From Dehalococcoidia bacterium (GTDB lineage Bacteria > Chloroflexota > Dehalococcoidia > Lucifugimonadales > UBA3495): 64,000 nt of DNA. This document shows, one piece after another, positions 17,691 to 26,614 of the stretch. Within the stretch, counting starts at the first letter, position 1, and the number at the start of each line of letters is the position of its first letter. The position numbers and the translations under genes are program-made. Location: assembly GCA_034428635.1 (NCBI GenBank), contig DAOUHR010000085.1, positions 905 through 64,904 on the forward strand. Reading direction: 5' to 3'. Under the pieces are notes generated by a model that was not told the DNA's origin, did no database searches, and saw only the letters and a list, made by a program, of their open reading frames with translations.

Positions 17691-17787
17691 TCTTGCTCTT
17701 CCTCAATTCATAAGTTTGGCCCCTGTCCGGGGGCAGTCCCAAGATTACAAGAAATGCCCCATAGACGCAACCCCCGGCCGTCACCGG

Positions 17788-17890
17788 GTAGGGTTTTGTT
17801 TCAGTTGGTATGGACAATCGGAACGGTAGGGGCAGACCTATGTGTCTGTCCTGGTCTCAAAAGTAAAACCACCTAAATCGGAACGCTACT
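17788..17890. repeat. 103-nt structured repeat element, copy A (REP-like GTAG hairpin core)
   Basis: Matches 31160-31262 with 5 mismatches by hand alignment. Contains cGTAGGGGCAGAC-ctatgt-GTCTGtCC and the outer pairing ca-gttggt/accacct. Confidence 0.75.
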
Positions 17891-18049
17891 CCGTCACCGG
17901 CCGCAATCCCTACTGCGAGTCCCAAACAGTCGTCGCGTGGTTGACGCTACCCTGACTGCCCAACATAATGGTGCCCGGTCTATCGATGCAGGGTGTTCTG
18001 CTACCAATGTGCCAGTATCCTGATACGATCTGGTCAAAATGAGGCGCCA

Positions 18050-19192
18050 ATGGAACCATCCCTGAAGCGAAAACGCTTCCTGCTGCTGGGGACCGCCGCC
18101 ATATTGTTGGCAACCCTGGCAGTGCTGTACTTCCTGGGCACCGTCCTGCTCACCCTGGGTATCAGCGCGGTAATTGCCTACGTGCTGCTGCCCGTGGCCA
18201 AGCTGATGGAGCGGGGAATGCCCTGGCGGCACAAGCGCCCCGGCCTGGCTCGCGGCATTTCCGTGGGCGTAATCTTCCTGGTCGGGCTGGGAGTGTTAGC
18301 TGGTCTGATTATCGCCGTTGTCCCTCCCACCATTGAGCAGGGCCAGCGGTTTATCGAGGAATTCCCCGCCTTTCTCAACAATGCCCGCGCTACCATAGAG
18401 GGGTGGGTCGCCCACTACGCCGACCTGGTGCCCGCCGACCTGCGCGACCAGGCTGAGGACGCCCTGGCCGGCGCCGGCGGCATCATCGGGGCCGCTGCCT
18501 GGAACGTGGTCAAGCAGACCCTGGGCATTATCACCGGCTCCTTCGCCTTTATCCTGGGACTGGCCACCGCGCCGGTCCTGGTCTTCTACCTGATGAAGGA
18601 CTCCAGCCCCATCCGCGAGTCCCTCCACGCTCCCTTCCCTACGGCCATTCGCCCCTTCCTGCGGGACATCCTGGACATTGCCGACCGCACCCTGGGCGGT
18701 TACATACGGGGCCAGCTTACCCTGGGCGTCATTGTCGGGGTAATCGTGGCCGTCGGCCTGCTGTTGCTCGACGTACCCTTCGCAGTCCTGCTGGGAATCG
18801 TGGCCGGCCTTACCGAGTTAGTTCCCATCATCGGCCCCTGGATTGGCGGCGCCGTGGGTGTGCTGGTTACTCTGGCCACCGAACCGGACAAAGTACTGTG
18901 GGTAATCCTGCTTTATCTAATAGTCCAGCTTCTGGAAAACACCCTGCTGGTGCCCCGCATCCAGGCCGACACCCTCAACATGCATCCCATCGCCGTCATC
19001 CTGGTCATCACCATCGGCAGCCAGTACTTCGGCTTGTGGGGCGTCATCCTAGGTCCGCCCCTGGTGGCCCTGGCCAAGGACGTAATTATCTACCTGGTCA
19101 AGCAGTGGAACGAGGCGCCGGTGGTGGTGGAGCCGGCAGATCTGGAAGAACCTGCGCTCGAAACTCAGGTTACCGAAGAAAGTCAAGCATAA
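18050..19192 (+). CDS. AI-2E family transporter (PerM/UPF0118)
   Basis: Multi-pass membrane protein with LVPIIGPWIGGAVGVL and LENTLLVPRI motifs. ATG 18050 follows GAGG. Confidence 0.85.
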   Translation: MEPSLKRKRFLLLGTAAILLATLAVLYFLGTVLLTLGISAVIAYVLLPVAKLMERGMPWRHKRPGLARGISVGVIFLVGLGVLAGLIIAVVPPTIEQGQRFIEEFPAFLNNARATIEGWVAHYADLVPADLRDQAEDALAGAGGIIGAAAWNVVKQTLGIITGSFAFILGLATAPVLVFYLMKDSSPIRESLHAPFPTAIRPFLRDILDIADRTLGGYIRGQLTLGVIVGVIVAVGLLLLDVPFAVLLGIVAGLTELVPIIGPWIGGAVGVLVTLATEPDKVLWVILLYLIVQLLENTLLVPRIQADTLNMHPIAVILVITIGSQYFGLWGVILGPPLVALAKDVIIYLVKQWNEAPVVVEPADLEEPALETQVTEESQA

Positions 19193-19240
19193 GTAGTTTC
19201 TTCTCAAATGGGTGGTCAGAGGGCGATTATCACGGCGCCG

Positions 19241-19651
19241 CTACTTGTCCTCCACCCGTATCCAGGCGTACTCCAGTATCGCCCTGGCTACCACCTCGGC
19301 CCGAGATTCCTCGTCGTGGGCGGCAATGTCGTCAATCAGGTCCAAAATGGGGGAAGGGAGGGTGATGTCAATGTCAATATTCTCCACTTTTAGTTTGGAG
19401 GCATCCACGTCAACCGATGCCCAAAAGCCATCAGCCAAAAGTTCGTCTTTTCTGTGTACGCTAATGTCCTTTTTCTCCGGTATCTTCTCGCCGCCCATCA
19501 ACATACCCTGGACATGGCAAATTATTGCTTCCTTTGAGGAAACCAAGGCCTCTTCAAGGGTATCGCCGCCCGAAAAACAGCCGGGCAGGTCGGGAACAAT
19601 TACACCGTAGCTGCTTCCCTCATCCTTGTGGATAACGATAGGGAACTTCAT
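19241..19651 (-). CDS. hicB: HicB-family antitoxin with C-terminal RHH-like tail
   Basis: MKFPIVIHKDEGSSYGVIVPDLPGCFSGGDTLEEAL... is the classic HicB N-domain. The ATG overlaps the hicA stop (ATGA). Confidence 0.85.
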   Translation of the reverse strand: MKFPIVIHKDEGSSYGVIVPDLPGCFSGGDTLEEALVSSKEAIICHVQGMLMGGEKIPEKKDISVHRKDELLADGFWASVDVDASKLKVENIDIDITLPSPILDLIDDIAAHDEESRAEVVARAILEYAWIRVEDK

Positions 19652-19848
19652 CGTCGCGTCCTCCAATCCCATCCGGCTTGCCGGAAAATACTCCTCAGCT
19701 CAAAGATAGGGACGTCCTTCTGGGGATGTTTCACAGTAACTTTTCCGGGCTTTTCGTGATGCACGTATTGATAGTGGCTACCCGCTACGCTGGCACGGTA
19801 CCACCCTTCCCGTTGAAGCCTTTGTATTATTTCTCTGCTTTCGATGAT
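19648..19848 (-). CDS. hicA: HicA-family toxin ORF lacking a canonical start codon (possible pseudogene or ATC-initiated)
   Basis: Hand translation: IIESREIIQRLQREGWYRASVAGSHYQYVHHEKPGKVTVKHPQKDVPIFELRSIFRQAGWDWRTRR*. In-frame TAG at 19849-19851 lies immediately upstream. The first ATG/GTG/TTG in frame is codon 29. Confidence 0.7.
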   Translation of the reverse strand: MIESREIIQRLQREGWYRASVAGSHYQYVHHEKPGKVTVKHPQKDVPIFELRSIFRQAGWDWRTRR

Positions 19849-19963
19849 CTATATGGTACACACGGCTAAGGCAATTGACCATACCAATCCTTTACCCTCC
19901 GTTCCTTCCCATCTATAATGTTGCCAGTTTCCACCCGCCAAAAATGCGCCAGGAGGCCCCCTT

Positions 19964-21685
19964 TTGACTACCGTTACCGACGCCACCCAGACCACTACCC
20001 GGGACGCCGCCACCGTCGCCCGGATGAAGCATCGCAGCAATGACGTTACCCAGGGAGCCGAGCGGGCCCCGGCCCGGGCCATGCTGCTGGCCATGGGCCT
20101 GACCCAGGAAGACCTGGACAAACCCTTCGTCGCCATAGCCAACCTGGCCAGCGACGTTACCCCCTGCAACGTCCACCTGTCCCGCTTTGCCCAGGCCGCC
20201 AAGGAGGGTATACGCCAGGCCGAAGGCACCCCCTTCGAATTTGGCACCATCACCGTCAGCGACGGAATCTCCATGGGCACCGAGGGTATGAAGGCATCTC
20301 TGGTCAGCCGCGAGGTCATCGCCGACTCCATCGAGGTGGTCACCTTCGGGGAGCGCATGGACGGCCTGGTTACCATCGCTGGCTGCGACAAGAACATGCC
20401 CGGCTGCATGATGGCCATCGCCCGCCTCAACGTGCCGTCCATCTTCATCTACGGCGGCACCATCATGCCCGGCCAGTACCTGGGCAACGACGTGAACATC
20501 CAGGACGTGTTCGAGGCAGTGGGCGCCTACGCCAAGGGCAGCATCACCCGCGAGGAACTGACCGCCCTGGAGTGCGTGGCCTGCCCCGGCGAGGGTTCCT
20601 GCGCCGGCCTGTTTACCGCCAACACCATGTCCACCGCCATCGAAATCATGGGCATGTCTCTGCCCGGCGACGCATCCATTCCCGCCATCGACCCTCGCAA
20701 GGTGGATGAAGCCCGCCAGGCCGGAAGCACTCTTCTGCGCCTGCTGGAGGAGGATGTACGGCCCCGGGACATTATGACTCGCCAGGCCTTCGAAAACGCC
20801 ATCACCGTGGTGCTGGCCATGGGCGGCTCCACCAACGCCGTCCTGCACCTGATGGCCATCGCCAACGAAGCGGGTGTTGAGCTGAGCCTGGACGACTTCG
20901 ACCGCATCAGCCGCAGCACTCCCTACATTTCCGACATGCGCCCCGGCGGGCGCTATGTTATGGCCGACCTGCACCGCTACGGCGGCGTTTCCCTGGTGGC
21001 CAAGCGAATGCTGGAGGCCGGCCTGCTCCACGGCGACGCCATGACCGTTACCGGCAGGACCCTGGCCGAGAACGTGGCCGATATGCCCACCATCGACGAC
21101 CAGGCAGTAATCTACCGGCCCGATAATCCCCGCGGTCCCACGGGCGGCCTGGCCATCCTGCGCGGCAACCTGGCCCCCGATGGCGCGGTTATCAAGGTGG
21201 CCGGCCACCAGGAAAAGGTCTATGAGGGTCCCGCCCGGGTATTCGAACAGGAAGAACCCGCCTTCCAGGCCATCCAGCGCGGCGAGATTAAAGAGGGCGA
21301 CATCGTCATCATCCGCTACGAGGGCCCCAAGGGCGGCCCCGGCATGCGGGAAATGCTGGCGGTAACCGGCGCGTTGATCGGCCAGGGCCTTGGCGACTCG
21401 GTGGCCCTGGTTACCGACGGCCGGTTCTCCGGCGCCTCCCACGGACCCATGGTGGGCCACGTCGCCCCCGAGGCAGCGGTGGGCGGCCCCATCGGCCTGC
21501 TGCGTGAGGGCGACATAGTAACCCTGGACATTCCCAACCGCCAGCTCAACGCCCGCCTCACGGAGGAAGAACTGGCCGACCGGCGGGCCGCCTGGCAGCC
21601 CATCCCGCCCAAGTACACCACCGGAGTGCTGGCCAAGTATGCCAAGCTGGTATCCTCCGCCGCCGAGGGAGCGGTTACGCGGTAG
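19964..21685 (+). CDS. ilvD: dihydroxy-acid dehydratase
   Basis: 573 aa with [13 protein letters not shown] and the Fe-S Cys ligand regions. TTG start follows AGGAGG. Confidence 0.95.
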   Translation: MTTVTDATQTTTRDAATVARMKHRSNDVTQGAERAPARAMLLAMGLTQEDLDKPFVAIANLASDVTPCNVHLSRFAQAAKEGIRQAEGTPFEFGTITVSDGISMGTEGMKASLVSREVIADSIEVVTFGERMDGLVTIAGCDKNMPGCMMAIARLNVPSIFIYGGTIMPGQYLGNDVNIQDVFEAVGAYAKGSITREELTALECVACPGEGSCAGLFTANTMSTAIEIMGMSLPGDASIPAIDPRKVDEARQAGSTLLRLLEEDVRPRDIMTRQAFENAITVVLAMGGSTNAVLHLMAIANEAGVELSLDDFDRISRSTPYISDMRPGGRYVMADLHRYGGVSLVAKRMLEAGLLHGDAMTVTGRTLAENVADMPTIDDQAVIYRPDNPRGPTGGLAILRGNLAPDGAVIKVAGHQEKVYEGPARVFEQEEPAFQAIQRGEIKEGDIVIIRYEGPKGGPGMREMLAVTGALIGQGLGDSVALVTDGRFSGASHGPMVGHVAPEAAVGGPIGLLREGDIVTLDIPNRQLNARLTEEELADRRAAWQPIPPKYTTGVLAKYAKLVSSAAEGAVTR

Positions 21686-21804
21686 CTAACGCTCGTAAGG
21701 AAGCTCCGGCTCCAAAACAGTCCCTTCCTCCTTGAAGGGCTGAAAGGTGAAGGCATTTTCCCCAGGGTTCCGTAATTAGTAGGTCATCCTGAACCTCCAG
21801 GGCT

Positions 21805-21898
21805 GTCAATCTGAACGGAGTGAAGAATCTGAAACGGTCCGGGTCTGGAATGTTTCTCTTGCCAGGGATTTTGGATCCTTCGCTTTACTCAGGCTGAC
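21805..21898. repeat. ~95-nt imperfect palindromic intergenic element
   Basis: gtcaatctgaacggagtgaagaatc (21805-21829) against the reverse complement of gatccttcgctttactcaggctgac (21874-21898) matches 17/25 by hand. Same architecture as 10354-10449. Confidence 0.4.
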
Positions 21899-22134
21899 AT
21901 GCCACCAGGCAGTTCATATCTGAAATGCTGAATACATACCCCTTTCAGCCCTTGGCGAGAGAGGGTCAGGCTGGGGCTGAACGCACTCATTTTATGGCTG
22001 GCGCCCACGGCTTTCCTGCTGAAGTTTCAGCCATTGCTGTGATGTCGATGACCTTTTCGGCCGATGACTTTTTCGGAGGTTCCCCAAGTGTGGCCTTCCT
22101 TCTTTAGTTGCACTCAATCGACCAACAACAGCCT

Positions 22135-22992
22135 ATGAACTGCCACAATTGCGGTACGGAAGTAGATAGCGGGGCCGTATCCTGCCAGGCGTGCGGGGCA
22201 CAGTTCCGGTTTCAATGTCCAGACTGCCAGCACCCCTTTCTCCCGGGCAACAGATTTTGTGGCAATTGCGGCCGGAAGCTTGCCGATGCAGCCACCGTGT
22301 CGACCCCGCCTGTTGCCTCAGCGCCAGCCCAGGCCCCTCCCGCAACGGATGCCGCACCGCCTCCCGTCGACTATCCGGAAACCCCTGCCGCCCAACCACC
22401 ACGGGACATTGTCTGTCCCCGCTGCCACCGTTCCAACGACGCCGATTCGGCTTACTGCTTTACCTGTGGTTTTCCCCTGCTGACGGGCAGGCAAGAGCCG
22501 GCAGAAAGGGACCGGTTACCGGCCTTTGAGCTGGGCGCCCCGGGTAGCTTTTGGTTCAGGGCTGCGGCCTACATTATCGACTCCCTTGTAATTGTGCTGC
22601 CGCTTGTCTTCCTCTGGATCATCCTGGGCCAGCCCGTGCCTGATAATTTCGACCAGATTGTGGATCCGCCGGAAGGGTATGACCGGCTGCAGGTCCTGGT
22701 TCTGTTCCTGACCATGGCCTACGATACGGCCCTGATTACCTATTTTGCCACCACGGTGGGAAAGCGGGCCTTCGGCCTGTACGTGGTGCGGACCGACGGG
22801 TCCCGGGTCGGATTCGTCCGCGCCCTGGCCCGCCATGTGGTGACCGCCCTGTCCGCCAACCTCACCCTGGGCTTCATTTTCCTGGTAGTTCTATTCCGTG
22901 AAGACCGGCGGGGTGTCCACGACCTACTCTGCGATACGGTGGTGATTCGCCGGCGCCGCCAGCAAACACCCCCGGACGCGGGCCGCGAGTAG
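22135..22992 (+). CDS. RDD-family membrane protein with N-terminal zinc-ribbon repeats
   Basis: CHNCG..CQACG, CPDCQ..CGNCG and CPRCH..CFTCG ribbons, a Pro/Ala-rich linker, then an RDD-like membrane domain (AAYIIDSLVIV...GVHDLLCDTVV). Confidence 0.75.
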   Translation: MNCHNCGTEVDSGAVSCQACGAQFRFQCPDCQHPFLPGNRFCGNCGRKLADAATVSTPPVASAPAQAPPATDAAPPPVDYPETPAAQPPRDIVCPRCHRSNDADSAYCFTCGFPLLTGRQEPAERDRLPAFELGAPGSFWFRAAAYIIDSLVIVLPLVFLWIILGQPVPDNFDQIVDPPEGYDRLQVLVLFLTMAYDTALITYFATTVGKRAFGLYVVRTDGSRVGFVRALARHVVTALSANLTLGFIFLVVLFREDRRGVHDLLCDTVVIRRRRQQTPPDAGRE

Positions 22993-23076
22993 CGCCGCCG
23001 TCCTCCATGCCCTCTGCCGTTGCTCTCTCCGGCCACGCAGGCCCGTGTATGGCAGTACCCAATCAAGGAGAATCCC

Positions 23077-23721
23077 ATGTTAAGCGCCGTCCTCCTCTAC
23101 ATCCACATAGGTGCAGGCTCCCTTGCTTTGCTCACTGCCGCCATCGCCGTATTCACTTCCAAAGGGGAGAAATGGCATATCCTGTCAGGAAGGATCTATG
23201 CCATTGCCATGGCCGTGGTGTTCCTGACTGCGGTGCCCCTGGCGCTGCTGGGAGCCAGCATCTTCCTGCTGCTCATTGCCTTTTTCAGCTTCTACCTGAT
23301 CTTCGCCGGCTGGCGGTTTGCCCGCAACCGGCGGGGCCGTCCCCACGCCGTTGACTGGGCCGCCACCGGCATACTGTTGACCACCGGCCTGGGCATGGGG
23401 GTCTATGCCGGAATCCTGGCCGGGTCCGGCGACTCCCAGTGGGTTACGATGACCGGGTTCGCGGGGATTGCCCTTGCCCTGGGGGTGGCAGATGGTCTCT
23501 ATCACCGCCTCCAGAGGGCCACCGGCGGCCGGCGCATCGCCCGCCACCTGACCAACATGCTGGCCGGCACCATTGCCACCATAACCGCCGTGCTGGTGGT
23601 CAACGTGGACACCAATCCACCCTGGATCGCCTGGATTCTGCCCACGGTGGTTCTAACCCCCTTAATTACCTGGTGGAACATTCGGACCGCGCGCCAGTAC
23701 CGCACGGGCCGGCCGGCCTGA
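23077..23721 (+). CDS. hypothetical integral membrane protein
   Basis: ATG 23077 follows AAGGAG. Several hydrophobic helices. Family not recognised. Confidence 0.55.
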   Translation: MLSAVLLYIHIGAGSLALLTAAIAVFTSKGEKWHILSGRIYAIAMAVVFLTAVPLALLGASIFLLLIAFFSFYLIFAGWRFARNRRGRPHAVDWAATGILLTTGLGMGVYAGILAGSGDSQWVTMTGFAGIALALGVADGLYHRLQRATGGRRIARHLTNMLAGTIATITAVLVVNVDTNPPWIAWILPTVVLTPLITWWNIRTARQYRTGRPA

Positions 23722-23776
23722 GCCGTCGGCGCGGACCGTCGGCCTAAACCGTCAGCGTAGAAGTGAGGCAACGCCA

Positions 23777-24322
23777 ATGCCTGAAGTGATTCTGTACATA
23801 GCATCCAGCCTGGACGGCTACATCGCCCGCCCCGACGGCGGGGTGGACTGGCTGGACGAGGTGCCCGAGCAGGGAAACGGTCCGGAGGAGGACTTTGGCT
23901 ATGAGGAGTTTTATGCCGGCATCGGCACCGTGCTGATGGGTCGGGTAACTTACGAGCAGGTCCTAACATTTGGCGTGGACTATCCCTATCCCGGCACCGA
24001 TGGGTACGTATTCTCTCGTACCAGGGCGGGCGAGAGGGACGAAAATGTTGAGTTCGTGGACGGCGCTGATATTTCCGCTTTCATCGAGAACATAAAGGCA
24101 ACGTCAGGCAGGAACATCTGGCTCATCGGAGGCGGCCAACTGGTGCGGGCCTTTCTCGCGCTGGACCTGGTTGACCGGATCGTGGTTACTTTCTTGCCGG
24201 TCATCCTGGGCCAGGGCATTCTCATGTTTCCGCCGCCCACTCCTCAGGTAAACCTGGAACTGGTCGAAAACCGCTCCTACTCCAGCGGCATGGTGCAACT
24301 TACCTACCGGCGGCGCGGTTAA
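23777..24322 (+). CDS. dihydrofolate reductase family protein (RibD C-terminal domain type)
   Basis: ILYIASSLDGYIARPDGGVDWL...GRVTYEQV...IWLIGGGQLV pattern. 181 aa. Confidence 0.8.
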   Translation: MPEVILYIASSLDGYIARPDGGVDWLDEVPEQGNGPEEDFGYEEFYAGIGTVLMGRVTYEQVLTFGVDYPYPGTDGYVFSRTRAGERDENVEFVDGADISAFIENIKATSGRNIWLIGGGQLVRAFLALDLVDRIVVTFLPVILGQGILMFPPPTPQVNLELVENRSYSSGMVQLTYRRRG

Positions 24323-24634
24323 CGCGGCATTCCAGTCGCCCTGCCCAATTGTCATACCGGCGATAACCTGTATCCGGAAAACGCCGAAGATTCAATCAGT
24401 AGTTCCTGGGGCGTGCTGCCATGCCCGAATTTGGGGCGACTTCCGCCAGTTTCTTCCGGCAGGTCCATTCGCCAGGTCCATCCGGCGGTTCTATTCATTG
24501 CGGGTTCGATATTTGCCCATAAACTTGCTTTAGGGTTTATAATTGGCGAATCCAATTTAACAGGACAGCAACGCGCCGAAAGTTACGGTCACCGGCGGGC
24601 GTTGCTCAACAACAAATTAGGTGGGTAAAGAAAT

Positions 24635-25792
24635 ATGATGGACTACGGAGTGGAAGCAATCAATCGCCATCGCGCCAGTCGGGGTAAGATAAGTATCGCC
24701 TCCAAGATGAAGGTGGAGACGATGGAGGAGCTTTCCATTGCCTACACTCCCGGCGTCGCCGCGGTATGCCTGGCCATTGACAAGGACAAGTCGGAAAGCT
24801 ACGCCCTGACCAACCGGGGCAACACCGTGGCAGTGGTAACCGACGGTTCCGCCGTTCTGGGCCTGGGCAACATCGGCGCCGAGGCGGCCCTGCCGGTGAT
24901 GGAAGGCAAGTCCATCCTCTTCAAGGGCCTGGCCGACGTGGACGCTTTCCCCATCTGCCTTGGCACCCAGGACAATGCTTCCATCATCCAGACGGTCCGC
25001 AACCTGGCCCCCTGCTTCGGCGGCATCAACCTGGAGGACATTGCCGCGCCCCGCTGTTTCGAAATTGAAGAAAGCCTCCAGGACCTGGGAATACCCGTCT
25101 TCCACGACGACCAGCACGGCACGTCCATCGTGGTGCTGGCTTCCATCATCAACGCCTTGCAGGTGGTCGGCAAGTCAATCGCAGACGCCAGGTTTGTTTT
25201 CTCCGGCGCCGGTGCCGGCGGAGTCGCTTCCACCAAGCTGTTGTTGGACTATGGCGCCAAACACATTGTCCTGGTGGACAGCCAGGGCATCATCCACCGC
25301 AACCGCCCCGATCTGACGCCTATCAAAACGGAAATGCTGGACATTACAAACCAGGAAAATCTTGAAGGCGACCTGGCCGCCGCCATGCGGGACTCGGACG
25401 TCTTCATCGGCCTGTCCGTGGGTGATACCGTCTCCCAGGACATGGTCCGCTCCATGGCCTCCGACCCCATAGTCCTGGCCGCCGCCAACCCCACGCCCGA
25501 AATCTGGCCCGACGCTGCGTCCGAAGCCGGCGCCAGGGTGGTGGGCACCGGCCGCAGCGACTTCCCCAACCAGATCAACAACAGCCTGGCCTTCCCGGGC
25601 GTCTTCCGCGGCGCTCTGGACGCCCGCGCCACCAGCATCACCACCCGCATGAAGCTGGCGGCTGCCGAAGCCCTGGCCGGCCTGGTAGCCGAACCCACCG
25701 CCGAAAATATCATCCCCTGGTCGCTGGACCCCGCCGTGGTTCCCGCCGTATCCCACGCCGTAGCCCGCGCCTGGCAGGCGGAGCAAGGGTAG
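24635..25792 (+). CDS. NAD(P)-dependent malic enzyme (short form)
   Basis: AYTPGVA, VVTDGSAVLGLGNIG, FGGINLEDI and FHDDQHGT motifs. 385 aa. Confidence 0.9.
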   Translation: MMDYGVEAINRHRASRGKISIASKMKVETMEELSIAYTPGVAAVCLAIDKDKSESYALTNRGNTVAVVTDGSAVLGLGNIGAEAALPVMEGKSILFKGLADVDAFPICLGTQDNASIIQTVRNLAPCFGGINLEDIAAPRCFEIEESLQDLGIPVFHDDQHGTSIVVLASIINALQVVGKSIADARFVFSGAGAGGVASTKLLLDYGAKHIVLVDSQGIIHRNRPDLTPIKTEMLDITNQENLEGDLAAAMRDSDVFIGLSVGDTVSQDMVRSMASDPIVLAAANPTPEIWPDAASEAGARVVGTGRSDFPNQINNSLAFPGVFRGALDARATSITTRMKLAAAEALAGLVAEPTAENIIPWSLDPAVVPAVSHAVARAWQAEQG

Positions 25793-25819
25793 GGACAAGG
25801 GCAGCAGGGTGAGTAAGAA

Positions 25820-26137
25820 CTGTCCGCTGAGCTTATTGGAGTAATAGCGGCCGGTGTTGGGCTTTTCAGTGCCAACCTGGCGATGAGAAGGTTTGTTATC
25901 CTCCGCTTCAATCTGTCGGATAGACGGACTAACTAGCGAACAGACCGGATTGAAAAGTGCATGGATCGTAGGCTTAAGCAGTTTCGTGCAGAAATGAACC
26001 TGAGGTTCGACGAACAAGATGTGCGCATCCGCGGTCTGGAACAGGGCCGGGCATATATGTCCGGTCAATTCTCGGAATTGAAGTCCTGCCTTACCTACGG
26101 ATCCCAGTCCGACAGCGATTCGCAGTCCGGAGATTAG
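25820..26137 (+). pseudogene. decayed tandem paralogue of the downstream membrane coiled-coil gene
   Basis: The same frame reads (E)LSAELIGVIAAGVGLF...DRRTN-TAG(25934-25936)-RTDRIEKCMDRRLKQFRAEMN...IRGLEQGRAYMSGQFSELK...GD*. CTG replaces the ATG and TAG replaces the CAG of the intact copy. A 58-aa ORF (25961-26137) remains. Confidence 0.55.
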
Positions 26138-26493
26138 TGCTTATGTCGGCGGAGTTAATTGCAATCCTGGCCATTGGGGCGGGAATGGTCACTACCTTCC
26201 TGATTTTTGCAGGGCTAATGCTTGCGCTAATCAATCAATTGAACAAGGAGTCACGCCAGCGAACGGACCGCATTGAAGACCAGATGAACCGCGGGTTCGA
26301 GCAGTTGCGAACTGAGATGAACCGCGGGTTCGAGCAGCTGCGGTCCGAAATGAACCAGGGTTTCTCCCAGCAAGACGCACGCATCCGTGGTCTGGAGCAG
26401 GGCCAGGCATATATGTCCGGCCAGTTTTCAGAGTTGAAGGACTACTTCGTCCATCGCCCTCCTGCCGGAAATAATCCGGAAACTGGAGATTAA
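26137..26493 (+). CDS. membrane-anchored coiled-coil protein with 11-residue tandem repeats
   Basis: N-terminal TM helix (AILAIGAGMVTTFLIFAGLMLALI), then MNRGFEQLRTE / MNRGFEQLRSE / MNQGFSQQDAR, encoded by 33-nt repeats from 26284. No family recognised. Confidence 0.6.
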   Translation: MLMSAELIAILAIGAGMVTTFLIFAGLMLALINQLNKESRQRTDRIEDQMNRGFEQLRTEMNRGFEQLRSEMNQGFSQQDARIRGLEQGQAYMSGQFSELKDYFVHRPPAGNNPETGD

Positions 26494-26614
26494 CTAACCG
26501 GCTGCAACAGTTATTCCTCTCAATCTGGCCTGATCCTTGTCAAGCACAACAACCCGCAAACCCGGCCTCTGGACCAACAACCATCCAGAGGCCGACTTGT
26601 AAGACGGATGAGGT

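Noticed and set aside
24323-24634. ORFs 24352-24555(-) and 24413-24628(+), and a 12-bp imperfect stem (agcaacgcgccg...cggcgggcgttgct), upstream of the malic enzyme gene
   Set aside because: The ORFs lack RBSs and have non-protein-like sequence. The stem has no T-tail and matches no riboswitch consensus I can recall.
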